Assembly (NCBI GenBank): GCA_023334545.1
Contig: JAADVB010000072.1
Location: 8,513 to 72,512 of the forward strand
Length of the DNA stretch: 64,000 nucleotides
Reading direction: 5' to 3'
From: Salisapilia sapeloensis CBS 127946
Taxonomy: Eukaryota > Protista > Oomycota
The stretch's first letter is position 1. Each line of letters opens with the position of its first letter. Shown one piece after another: positions 45,988 to 56,961 of the stretch. The translations under genes and the position numbers were made by a program. A model generated the notes under the pieces. The model saw only the letters and a list, made by a program, of their open reading frames with translations, did not search any database and was not told the origin of the DNA.

Positions 45988-46371
45988 TTATTCCTGGCTG
46001 ACATCGTCGCTGTACTCGACGCTGTCGTCCTGGGAGTACTCAACGCTGTCGTCCTGGGCGTACTCGACACTGTCCTCACTGTACTCAACGCTGTCATCCT
46101 CGCTGTACTCGACGTTGTCTTCGCTTTCAAGCTCGTTGCCAGACTCTCCCTTCTCACACTTGGTGGAAACCTTGTTACAGTGGAGACCAGTCTGGCACGG
46201 GTACATTGTGACATACACATCGGTGCTGTAGTAGCACGTCTTGCCTTCCGCAACCGGCTTCGGGAGCTTCTTGTTGGCGCTCACACGAAGGTGGACGTTG
46301 GACTGCTTCTCGGCAGCACCGGTGGCGACCGCAAGAGCGAGGACGGCGAGCGTGAGGAAAGAGGTCTTCAT
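45988..46371 (-). CDS. Small secreted protein: signal peptide, NVHLRV motif, 4-Cys mini-domain, acidic Tyr-containing repeats
   Basis: SP MKTSFLTLAVLALAVATGA. C-x12-C-x5-C-x6-C (CQTGLHC resembles the CBM1 CxxGxxC). Tail (E/Q)DDSVEYS repeated. Confidence 0.85.
   Translation of the reverse strand: MKTSFLTLAVLALAVATGAAEKQSNVHLRVSANKKLPKPVAEGKTCYYSTDVYVTMYPCQTGLHCNKVSTKCEKGESGNELESEDNVEYSEDDSVEYSEDSVEYAQDDSVEYSQDDSVEYSDDVSQE
46005..46130 (-). repeat. About five tandem 24-bp (one 21-bp) coding repeats
   Basis: Plus-strand unit approximately gtactc(g/a)acgctgtc(g/a)tcct(g/c)g, encoding EDNVEYS/EDDSVEYS/EDSVEYA/QDDSVEYS/QDDSVEYS. Confidence 0.85.
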
Positions 46372-46391
46372 TGCGGTAGTCAATTCCGGTT

Positions 46392-46406
46392 CAAATCAAG
46401 AAATGA
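46392..46406 (-). promoter_or_regulatory. INR/FPR-like core promoter of the small secreted protein gene (CCAAT box about 15 bp further upstream)
   Basis: Minus strand TCATTTCTTGATTTG about 20 bp upstream of ATG 46371; CCAATCAG near 46417. Confidence 0.5.
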
Positions 46407-46724
46407 GATCTTCCCCCAATCAGCCATTATCTGTCCCGAATAAGAGATTTCTCAACTATACTCTTTGTTGTAGTAACAGATTCTGTTATATGGGACAAAT
46501 GCAGTTAATGTGATCATGACAAAGTTGGCCTACCGGATGTGGGTTTATCATTTATGTAACTGTTTACAGTCTATGGCTGACTCTAAAACATGTAAACGAT
46601 GCTATTGTGAGAATGGATCGATAGTTCCCAAGAGCTCCGTTGTACCTGAAGTGGATTTTATATCGTATGAAACTGTATGGATACTACCGATAGCGTCATA
46701 TTTTAATGCGACAGAGATGTGTAT

Positions 46725-48121
46725 TTATTGCAAAAAGCCTCCTTCTAGTTGCTCTAACTTTTCGTTTTGTTCCTGGATGATAAGTTTGTCTGCAAAGTCT
46801 TCAAACGACGACCCACCCATGACCTTATCAATACCTGTGATGCTAAAGTTGATGCGATGGTCGGACACGCGATCTTGTGGGAAGTTGTACGTCCGGATAC
46901 GCTCAGATCGACCTCCAGTCCCGATCTGAGAGCTCCTCATCTGCTTCTCTTTTTCCAATTCTTCCTGTCGCTGAGCATCCGCGACTCGAGCAGACAGGAT
47001 ACGCAATGCTTTTGCTTTATTCTGATGCTGAGATCGTTCGTCCTGGACAGAAGCCTGTAAACCTATCGATAGTTGACATCAATACGAGTCTTCTCATGCT
47101 ACATGACGATGGACGTACCGGTTGGCAAATGAGTGGCACGAACAGCACTCTCCGTCGTGTTGACATGCTGTCCACCAGCACCACTGGCTCGGAAGACATC
47201 AATATTGACGTCTTTCATGTCCAGCGTTTCATCCTTACCCTCAGGGGCTTGAGGGAGCACGGCCACAGAAACGGTGCTCGTGTGGATGCGAATGTCATTC
47301 ACCGGCACGCGCTGGACTCGATGGACACCACTTTCAAATTTCAGCTGTCCATAGACTGAATGTCCTGATAGCTCACAAATGGCTTCTTTCGCGCCACCGT
47401 TGATGGGATTCGTAGATAATGATAGGATGGAAAAAGACCAGGAGTGCGCCGCTGCCACTTTTTGATACATTTGCAGCAGTTCGGAGGCGAACAAAGAGGC
47501 TTCGTCCCCACCTGTTCCTGCTCGGATTTCTAGAATACAGCTCTTTTCATCATTTTCATCTTTTGGTAGCATTAGACGCTATTGTAAAAGAAGGTTAGTG
47601 TACATCTAGCATGGACGGAGTATGCATATAAACCTACGGTGACTGTGTCTTCCAGTTCTTCAATCTCCGATACGAGTTCTCGTCGCTCATCTTGGGCCAT
47701 TTTACGCAACTCGACACTGTCAGCGTCTTTGCTATCGTCATCTAGAATTTCGTCCAACTCCTCTATGGTAGACTGCTTTTGCTGCAAGTCGTTCGCAGCT
47801 GTCACCTTGGGCTCGAGCTCGGCCATCTCGATGGAAAACTTGGTCAAGTCGTCTGACGATAAGGACCCGTCATTTCTGTGTATATGTGATGAAGATGAGC
47901 TATTTAAAGACGAGCAAATGAAATATTGCGTCGTACGTTGAAAGCGTCGTACTGAGTTCCTGGTGGCGCTGCTGCATCCACTCTATTCGGGACTGGATAG
48001 ACGAATGGAGTGCCATCCACCTCTTCCAAATCACGTTCGTTGTGCTTGCAGTAGCAGCGACATTCGTATGAGCAGCTTGTACCGCCTTGTATGCATTTAG
48101 AGTGCGTCTTAATCGCAGCAT
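46725..48121 (-). CDS. MTRF1: Mitochondrial peptide chain release factor 1 (PrfA-type), 4 exons (introns 47876-47936, 47579-47637, 47063-47118)
   Basis: Targeting-like N-terminus. [83 protein letters not shown]. Confidence 0.92.
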
Positions 48122-48858
48122 TGTCGTTTGCAATTTCGTGTCCACAAGTTGTTGTCGGTTATGTGGAACACATCATCCAAGGTTTCCAATTGGACCTTCT
48201 GGTAACCTAGGATAGTCCGCTTGCTCACGGGCTCTTCCAACGCGTAAAAGGTTACATGGTATCAAGAGCTGTAGAATCATTAAGATATGCTAAAAAGTTG
48301 CTACCTTATTAGTGGCAAAGTTGACATCGTGTCCATTGAACCGAAGAAAAGTGGTGTGATAGCTTCATTGCTGCCCACTTCATAGATGGAGTCTCTGAAT
48401 GCTTTCTGATCAGTGAGTATTAATGTGAACGATTTGGTGGATGAAGTGCTTAGATAAAGCTCCTTTGGGAACTGCGAAACTAGATCATTTAAGAAAACTG
48501 GTTCTGATCTTGAAACGAAGGACCGACTCTAGTATCGTCGCACAGACTCATACCTTAATGAATCAGTTAGTAAGAACACATACTCAATAGCTTTGCATGA
48601 AGATGTGCATACTGTAAAGCGCTCTTTTGGTTTGTACGGGCGAAGTCAAACCATTCGAAAGCTGAAGAATTAATGGCACAGACTAAATATGGAGCGATAC
48701 GTCATAGCCAGAGTTGAAACACAGAAACTACTGCATAGTCATACTTGATCATGCTCATGATGCGACAGGAAAGCTGCGAGTACGTTAAAGGATTTTTATT
48801 TGTTATCCACTTCATGCGCAAGGGTGACATCGTTCGCAGCGTCCTTGTTTGCTTCCAT

Positions 48859-50657
48859 TTATGCTTGGGCTAGCGTTACCTTCATTGGCAAATCGCTGTC
48901 CACAGCCAATTCCACGCCGGGCATGGTGACGATTTGATTCGGATCCTCCTGCATCGTCAGGTCAAACTTGCTGAGAATAGAACACATCACTATCTGCAGT
49001 TCAACGATCGCCATTCGCTGTCCAATGCATCGTCTCGGTCCAGTAAGCTACACTCACAAGCGACACCGTTAAATATCTGAATTAGTATGAATGGTAGAAA
49101 GGAACGTACGAAGATCGGGAACTCAGTCGGTGTGAAAGCGATAATGCCTCCCGTCGACGAGTCAATCCAGCGCTCGGGCTTAAACTCATTTGCGTCTTCA
49201 CCCCAAACACTAGACAGGGCTCCAGTCGCTCGGATAGAAGTCATGACCTCCATGCCTTTTCCAATATACGTACCGTCACTCAGTGTAGTTGACTGAATGG
49301 CACCTCGCGTTGACATAGGAATAGACGAGTCTACACGAAGCGTTTCGCGGATGGTAGCCTCCAAGTAATGGAGCTGACTAACCTCTTCCACGGTTGGGAT
49401 TTCGGCGTTTTCGCCCAGAAGGTGGGGAAATTTGCCCTTGATCTCAGCGCGGATTTTACTCAAAATCTCCGGATGACGATTCAGTTCGATGAGGATCCAT
49501 CCCATCGTTGTGCTTGTTGTCGCCGATCCAGCGAAAAAGAAGTTGAGAACCATGTCGCGCATCAAGGTAGCGTCCGCATCTAAGTTTCCTGTTTTTTCAG
49601 CTTCCTTTGCTTGATTGTCTAAGAAAAGAGTGATCAAGTCCTTTGAACTGGACGAGGAGCTGTCGGCGCCGTGGCCGTTTTGCATCTCTTGCTTCTTTTT
49701 ATCGACAGACTTTTGGATGATATCGTAGATCAATCCATCCAAGTACTTTTTGCTCTTGGCAACTTCTGCCTCTTCACCAATACCAAACATACGTCGGAGT
49801 GCCCACAGCCATTTTGACTGTGAGAATCGAAGCAGCGTTCCATGGGAGAGGACGCGAATGCTTTCAATAAACTCACTCGTCTCCCCTCGCAATCCCTTTT
49901 GCATGCTTTCTAAATCAATGCCAAACCCAACCTAGTTTCACGAAAGTTAGTCAAATGATTTATACAAAGGTAGTAAATGTTTCTATACCTGGGTAAAGAC
50001 ATCCGTTGTAAATTCCGTGAATGAGATTCGAGCAGGGACGACCGTACCGCGCTTCGCGTATTCATTTAAGACTTGGACGAATTCACGGCTGCGCTCCCGA
50101 ATCGTCGTGTGCATGACATCTTTCATCATTTGCATGCTGAACAAGTGGGAAGCTGTCTTTCGTTGGAATTTCCATTGGTTGCCGACACTGTTGACAATGC
50201 CGTATCCGAGCAAGTCGTACATGCGTTCAATTGCCAATGGGATTTTGACAAAGACGTCGCTCTGTTTTTTGTAAACATCTTCGATATGGTCAGGGGAAGA
50301 AAGAACAACCATTGAAGGTCTATTTAAAACTTCCATCATCCAAGGCTTCCCCCCCATTTCCTCGCATACTTGGGTTACCCATTCGCTCAACCTAGCGTAC
50401 AAAATGCATTAGGCGTGCAATAAGGCTAATCAATCAGATGCCGAAACATACTGGTCACGATTGCTAGCAAGTTGTAGGGTACTACCCAAAAATGGCAGCG
50501 CTCCTTTTGGACGAGGCAGTGGTTTACCGTCAGGAGTGTAAGCACGAGGCTTTTGGTAGTACGATAAGAGCATGTATCCTGCCGCAAGTGGAAGCGCTAC
50601 GACAGCCACCGATTGCGACGTAGAAAGCTGCTCGAACTTTTCCATAGCTCGGTCCAT
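48859..50657 (-). CDS. Cytochrome P450 (CYP86/CYP704-clan-like), 4 exons (introns 50392-50451, 49932-49988, 49048-49109)
   Basis: N-terminal anchor and Pro-rich hinge, WKFQRKTASHLFS, I-helix AGSATTS, ExxR (ETLR), PERW, heme motif F|LTGPRRCIG assembled across intron 3. Confidence 0.9.
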
Positions 50658-51865
50658 TGTCCTTTGATAGTAGGTGTCTTAAGCTGTTGATCGAAAGTTA
50701 CGAAATGAAGATTTTAGCAGATCAGTTGCGGAGATCCAGCGTTGTGTCTACGTCAATATTTACAAACCGCTGGGAAAGTTTTGCACAGCGCTGCATACAC
50801 ATCGAAAGCATTGAGGCGTTTAAATTTCTTACGAATGGACACGATAATCAGTAGTCGCAATGCATCTTGGTGGATGTAGTACATCAGAAGCGACAGGAGA
50901 TAGCAGAAAAGAGATGGCGTATGATTTGATTGATCTATTGATCTAAATACATTGACGTAGGTCTATTTTAGCGGTTGAGAGTTTAGATACCTTCTTTTCA
51001 AAATTGTGCTGATTGTCTATGGAAACCTAATGGATGCTTTGATGGTCGACGACGCCGGTACGTACGCCTGTCTCACTGTCGCAGTTTGCATCGCCGAGTT
51101 CATCACGACTGGAAAATGAGGAGACTTCAATTGCTTGGGTTGCTGATCTGACGTCAGTATGTGCTGCATTGAACTCCGGGGAAATAGAAAGGAGTTGGTA
51201 GTTCTAGCCGATTGCATATGCCACAGATACGGATAGCTGGTCGCTACGATTGTTAAAAGGAAGTCGACCAGTTCTGGTCCGGCTTCTACCTAAATGCGGA
51301 GCAAGTTGGCCAAGCAACTAATCCGCCAAGGACGGATATGCATGCATATATAGTACAGTTCTGTAGTCACGGTTAGCTGTAGTCGAAGGATGAGTTGTAA
51401 CTCATTGATAATGCGATCTCTTCATTAGTTTTGGACAGACATTAGGCTTTCTTCTTCTGCATTGTTCTCTACAGCAGACGAAGCTTTATAACGTGCTAGG
51501 GCTGCAGCGAGGGAATTGAACATGGCAAGCAGGAAGAAATTTAGAAGCATGTCAGAGGCAAAGCATACCGGAAGGGATTGGTAGTGGAATAATCAGACAT
51601 GTTCAATTTGAACTACATCATGAATAGTTCAGCGTATAAAGTACACCTCCAAATTAAATAGTTGTTTACCGTTGATGACTGCATAGCTGCTTGTATGGCC
51701 TTACCAGAGCAAAGAAAGATGCGTGGACTCAGACTGTAGTATTGTTCTATTTATAAAGATCAAAGTCAACACCGTCTGGGTTGTAGCAGCGGACATGTAT
51801 CTTTTGGTTTTTAGCTGAAGAGATGCAGACTATCGGTGAAGTCAATTTCCAGCGAAGCCTGCAAA

Positions 51866-52950
51866 TTAAAATCGTACAGATCTACAAGTCGCCCCAAGGT
51901 TGATCGAGGCGACAAGATTTACTAGCGTCGATGGTGGCATCATTATCTCGAGAACTGCAAGACATATGCTGGCGCGTTGATATTTCAGCACTCTCGAAAA
52001 GAATTCGCACATTAGATCATGCCGAGTAATCACTTTTCTAGTTTGCTTTACGTGCAATGGATGGCCCTGTACGGCAAGACGGCGATGACTTCACCAACAT
52101 GTCTTATGTCTAATGCCCGGCTCAAACATGGTTGCATCATCTGACGATACGAACGCATTTTGCTGGTCTCTGCAAAGGACAAACATCTTTTATTGCTACA
52201 ACCAAATCCTAACATGCTCGGCTTTGTTCGTTTGATGGCGTTGGATATGTTGATGAAGTATGGTAACCAATCCCAAGCCTTTACTTGTAAAAGCTTGCTC
52301 TAGGCCAGTCCACTCTTGAAGCTCGAAGTCGTTGGAGGTGTACTTGTAGAAGCCACCAAGCGTCGGCAGAAGTAGCTGCTATGCCACTTGTCTTTGCCGC
52401 GAACAGTAATCGATTAGCTCCAGGGCGTTGTCCACTTAAAGTCAATAGGAATGATTTTTGTTTGCCAAATGCTCAAGTCATGCAGTACTAAGTGGTCGCA
52501 GTGACGATATGGAGTAAATGCTCATTTATAATATCAGCTTACTTTCACTCGAGTGAAGGAGCCAACTACTAGTGCGTTTGCAAGCCAAGGATTGAAAGTC
52601 AAATGGATCTCAATGTACATGTAAATGCACTGTTGCTCATGTAGAGCGGAGCATAGTGTTTGAAGCAAAGATAGAAGATTGGCTCGAGACTTTCACATAA
52701 AGAAATTTCGCTTATGATTCGCGCTCAAGGCGAATAAACCCAGAAACCATGACGCATGAACATCAGCACAGACTAGAGCTTCAAAATCATCGAGATCATG
52801 CAGATTATAGTAAACTAGGACTTCCATAGACAAGGTATTCTTAGATCGACGAATTTGCCAGGACTCAGAGCTATACTATTGTGCTGGAACTACGGTATTT
52901 TAAATAGTGTGACCATGAAACTATATAGATAAGGTTGCTACAGACTGTTG
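51866..52950 (-). pseudogene. Heavily decayed membrane-protein-like coding relic
   Basis: One minus-strand frame stays protein-like across scattered stops for about 150 codons (..HDLDDFEALVCADVHASWFLGLFALS..*..LTFNPWLANALVVGSF..IIPIDFKWTTPWS*), with further fragments (LLLPTLGGFYKY; ASICLAVLEIMMPPSTLVNLVASINLG). Confidence 0.28.
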
Positions 52951-53356
52951 TGATCGCAACTAGGTGCATTTGTTTGCACAACACCATCATCTTTTGCGTG
53001 AATGTACCTAGGATGTTTCCTCAACAATGTCCGACGTTTCCACAGATTGCCAAGATCAGGATAGTATTATGCTGGCAAGTGCTGTACATGTAGCATCGAG
53101 TAGCTTTTTACACCTCAGATGTACGCTCATACAGACTAGCATGTACATGTGATATCAACTTATCAAATATAAAGCTCCGTCGAGCCGAACGATACTCGTA
53201 TCGTACAATCTCCTCCTCTCTACCTGCTTGTCAAGTGATTGGCAACTAGATCTGATATCTGCCTTCGGATTGATAAAAATTCACCACGAAGCATTTTGAT
53301 TGGCTATATTAGCATACACTTCGCTCGGAAGCATTTGTATTCAAAGAGGGAAAGAA

Positions 53357-56300
53357 ATGGTGGATGACATGGCAATTGACAGTGAGCAGGAGAGGATTGA
53401 AGTCGCATTGGAGTCTAGTGGTGACCAAATAGATGGCTCTGATGACGACAGTTCTGAAGAAGTAGAGCAAACGAGTGATGCGGACGGTTTGGAGGCTGCC
53501 ATTCGCACGCGGAGCAACGGCAAGCGTCGCAGGCGCGATGTGCACCAAGATGAAGAGGAAGAAAGTAACACAGCGGAAGTAGAGGATGGGAATGAGTCTC
53601 CAGATCTCATGGACCCAACTGTTCGATCAAAAAAGAAGAAATCGAAAAGGAGCAAAAATGGCGGCAAGAAGCGGCGTCGTGATCTCGACAATATTCTCGA
53701 CGACGATGAACTAGCTCCTTCCACAGTGGATGCACGAGAACGAGAGTTAAAACGACAGAAAGAAGGGTACGCCGTTGTGGATGTTGAGGACGAGGAAATG
53801 AGTACGTCGCGAGATGAGAGCGACGGCGAGGCAAGAAAAAAGAAAGAGAAGCCGAAAGCAAACAAGATCTGCCTGAACCTTAGACGTGACGGAGAAGTGC
53901 CTGAGAACCCTGTCTACGTGTCATCGGAAGTAGCAGACAAGTTAAAGCCGCATCAGGTCAAAGGCGCGCGTTTCCTCTGGAGTCACATTGGTGTTGAAGG
54001 CGAAGGATTCGGGTGTGTGCTAGCAGATTTCATGGGTCTAGGAAAGACGCTGCAAGTTATTACCGTCGTCCAAGCGTTCATGGCGCAGAAAACAGAGCCC
54101 GAGGAGAAGCTGAGCGATGAGTCTCACTCTCCTTTCTACAGGATTGACATGCCGAAACGAAGAAAAGTGTTGATCCTCGCACCAACGATTTGTGTTCGGA
54201 ATTGGGAAGCAGAGGTGGTCAAGTGGCTCGGGAAGAAACGGACGAAGCAGATGCGAGTGGCGACGTTGGAGTCGAGTCGAGAGAAGAAGATGAAGGATCG
54301 GATTGACGCCGTCCGGAACTGGTACAGAGGTGGTGGGCTGCTCATCATGGGCTACGAGCTCTTTCGTCTCTTGGTGCTCCAAGGCTCCGGAGATGAAAAG
54401 ATCGCAGCAGGGAACGCCAAGCACAAGAAGGAGATTGAAGCGGTGAAGAAACATCTATCCTCTCCCGACTTGATCGTCCTGGATGAAGGTCATCGCGTGC
54501 GTGATCGAAAGTCAAAGCTAGTGAAAGCCTTGGCGTATGTGGAGACGACGCGTCGGATCATCTTGACAGGCTATCCTTTACAGAACCATCTGGAAGAGTA
54601 CTGGACGATGGTAAATTTTGCTCGACCGGATTACCTGGGTAATTTGGAAGAGTTCAAGAACCGATTCATCGATCCGATTAAGAACTCCCAGTGTACCGAC
54701 AGTAGCGCCACAGACATTAAGCTCGCGAGACAGCGAGCATACGTCTTGACGCAAGAGCTCAAGCCACTTGTGTTGCGTCGAGACCAGCAGTTTCTCTTCC
54801 GTCAGCTCCCACCGAAGAAGGAGTACGTTTTGCTCTGTAAGCTGACGAACGCGCAAGCGCAATTGTACCGGACGTTCTTGACGGACGGTGTGCCCAAGCG
54901 TCGTGGACTGATGCCAGGTATGGATGGCAAGATTGACGTCTTGGTCGGGTATCACATCTCGCTGTCCATTGCCAACCACCCGGACGTACTGGCTCAAACG
55001 TTCCGTCAGCTACAGCAAGTCGCGAAGAACAAGGATCCTGCCGGCTTCCTACAGCGACAGGCGTTCAATGATGCGTCGTATGGTTCCAACCAAGTGTCGA
55101 AAGAGTCGTCTGGCGTCGATGAGCTCGACATGTTTCTGCCTGAGCAACCTGCAGCTTCTGGTGGTCGACGTGTCGTGACGGACTCGTCGGACAATGACAG
55201 CGAGATTGAGATACTAGACGACATGTCTGGAGCAGAGGCAAACACCTTGTACCAGCCAGCCCACGCGTCCGCAGTCTTGAGCAAGTTACACCGTCTGAGT
55301 TTTGCGGAAAAGTTCCTCGAGACGTACAAGGCGAATCAAGTGGAAGCGAGTGGCAAGTTTATGATCCTGATGGACCTCTTGCGGGAATGTAAAAAGGCTA
55401 ACGACCGTGTGATTCTTTTCTCTCAGAGCATTCCGACGTTGAACACGGTCGAGTTGATGCTGGAGGAGAACAACAAGCACAATCTTCCGATCAAACACGT
55501 GCGTATCGACGGCAGCACGCCTCAGAGCGAACGTTTCCAGTTGATTGAACACTTCAACAATTTGTCGGCGAATGTGGACTTGATCCTGATCTCCACCAAG
55601 GCGGGTGGCGAAGGCGTGAACCTGTGTGCTGGCAATCGCATCATCATCTTTGATGTCTGCTGGAATCCGTGTAATGATTCCCAGAGTATGTGTCGATCCT
55701 ATCGCTTTGGACAGACGAAGCCTGTGTTCGTCTATCGGTTCGTGTCGGCTGGGACGATGGAGAAGAAGGTGTACGACCTGCAGATCCAGAAGGAAGGCGT
55801 GGCGAAGCGAGTGGTGGACGACAAGGCCATGGAACGCAAGTTCAAGCAAGCAGACTTGGCGAATTACTTTAACGTGAAAGACTTTGAAGCCTCGTTGTCG
55901 CACAAGTCCTGGAACGGTCATGATGAGGCAGCGAAGGGTCCACCCAAGGAAGACGACGTCTTGTCTAGCGTCATGAACAGGATGAAGGATGAAGGGAACG
56001 ACATGATTCTGGACTGGTTTGAACAGGAAACGATGTTTGAAGAGGACTTGGATGCGAAGTGCACGGAAGATGAGGGCAAGATGGTGTACGAAGGCTTCAA
56101 GTACCAACAGGCCATTCAACGGATGAAGAAGAAAGGGACGGTGCGCATTGATGGAGGCAGCGTGCGCTACGTCAACTGCACCACGTGTCATCAATACATT
56201 GAGCTGTACCCAGAGACAGCAACCAAGCTCAAGGTGCCGTCGGTCGTCGAGTGCGGCTCCTGTGGACACATGTCGCAGACGCAAGGAGCGAGGGCGGCGA

Positions 56301-56860
56301 GTGAGATGCCAAGGGCGCAGCCGTACCGCATGGGAGGCGCGGTCCCTCCTTACATGCCCTACTCGAGTGCGCATCCTGGGATGCATACGGAGGACCGAGA
56401 GGCAGAGCGTGCTGAGTACATGAGGAGACTGCTGGAGCAAGCGAGGGCGGAACAACATCGACAGGCGATGCTTCAGGCGATGCGGAGTCGGATCCAGACC
56501 AATGGTGGGCTGAAGCATCGATGTATTCTCGTGCTACGGAAAGGGCTGAAAGGATGTCAGCAGCTGAAGAAGGAGGCGGAAGAGATGGGTGCGACGCTCG
56601 CGATCGAGATCGGACCGCAGGTGACGGACATTGTGTCGGCCATGTCTGAGGAAGAGACGCTCGCGAGGATGAAGATTGACGCTATACCGAGCGGCGTCAC
56701 GCTCCGTTCGGCCGACTGGTTGAAGGAGCAGCTTGAGACGGAGAAGCGTGATGCCGTAACGAAAACACAGGAGCCGAGACAGGCAGCACCTCCTCCGAAT
56801 GAGATGATTGAGCTGCTGGACAGTGGCGAGGAAGACGCCGACGTGATCGAACTCGACTAG
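53357..56860 (+). CDS. ATRX/RAD54L2-like SNF2 helicase with C-terminal zinc ribbon, BRCT-like domain and SIM-like tail
   Basis: LKPHQVKGARFLW, GCVLADFMGLGKTLQ, LDEGH, LTGYPLQNHLEEYWTMVNF, SGKF..L, ILFSQS, RIDGST, STKAGGEGVNL, DVCWNP, RSYRFGQTKPVFVYR. Confidence 0.92.
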   Translation: MVDDMAIDSEQERIEVALESSGDQIDGSDDDSSEEVEQTSDADGLEAAIRTRSNGKRRRRDVHQDEEEESNTAEVEDGNESPDLMDPTVRSKKKKSKRSKNGGKKRRRDLDNILDDDELAPSTVDARERELKRQKEGYAVVDVEDEEMSTSRDESDGEARKKKEKPKANKICLNLRRDGEVPENPVYVSSEVADKLKPHQVKGARFLWSHIGVEGEGFGCVLADFMGLGKTLQVITVVQAFMAQKTEPEEKLSDESHSPFYRIDMPKRRKVLILAPTICVRNWEAEVVKWLGKKRTKQMRVATLESSREKKMKDRIDAVRNWYRGGGLLIMGYELFRLLVLQGSGDEKIAAGNAKHKKEIEAVKKHLSSPDLIVLDEGHRVRDRKSKLVKALAYVETTRRIILTGYPLQNHLEEYWTMVNFARPDYLGNLEEFKNRFIDPIKNSQCTDSSATDIKLARQRAYVLTQELKPLVLRRDQQFLFRQLPPKKEYVLLCKLTNAQAQLYRTFLTDGVPKRRGLMPGMDGKIDVLVGYHISLSIANHPDVLAQTFRQLQQVAKNKDPAGFLQRQAFNDASYGSNQVSKESSGVDELDMFLPEQPAASGGRRVVTDSSDNDSEIEILDDMSGAEANTLYQPAHASAVLSKLHRLSFAEKFLETYKANQVEASGKFMILMDLLRECKKANDRVILFSQSIPTLNTVELMLEENNKHNLPIKHVRIDGSTPQSERFQLIEHFNNLSANVDLILISTKAGGEGVNLCAGNRIIIFDVCWNPCNDSQSMCRSYRFGQTKPVFVYRFVSAGTMEKKVYDLQIQKEGVAKRVVDDKAMERKFKQADLANYFNVKDFEASLSHKSWNGHDEAAKGPPKEDDVLSSVMNRMKDEGNDMILDWFEQETMFEEDLDAKCTEDEGKMVYEGFKYQQAIQRMKKKGTVRIDGGSVRYVNCTTCHQYIELYPETATKLKVPSVVECGSCGHMSQTQGARAASEMPRAQPYRMGGAVPPYMPYSSAHPGMHTEDREAERAEYMRRLLEQARAEQHRQAMLQAMRSRIQTNGGLKHRCILVLRKGLKGCQQLKKEAEEMGATLAIEIGPQVTDIVSAMSEEETLARMKIDAIPSGVTLRSADWLKEQLETEKRDAVTKTQEPRQAAPPPNEMIELLDSGEEDADVIELD

Positions 56861-56961
56861 TCTTTCCGAACCAGTAGTTCGGAAGTTATTGCTTTATCAG
56901 TAGAACCTGTGGGACGGATAGACTGGATGGAAGAGGTGTGTGCTATTAACTTTGAATGACT

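Noticed and set aside
46005-46130. Regularly spaced repeats as a CRISPR array
   Set aside because: They are contiguous in-frame coding repeats without unique spacers, in a eukaryotic genome with no cas genes.
46300-46371. RxLR effector call for the small secreted protein
   Set aside because: The motif is VHLR, not RxLR-dEER, and the Cys domain plus acidic repeats fit an apoplastic or wall protein.
46384-46400. GGTTCAAATC tRNA T-loop-like sequence
   Set aside because: No cloverleaf or D-arm can be built; it lies in a 5' UTR/promoter.
48859-50657. P450 as part of a secondary-metabolite gene cluster
   Set aside because: Neighbours are RF1 and a SNF2 helicase; no synthase or other tailoring genes are nearby.
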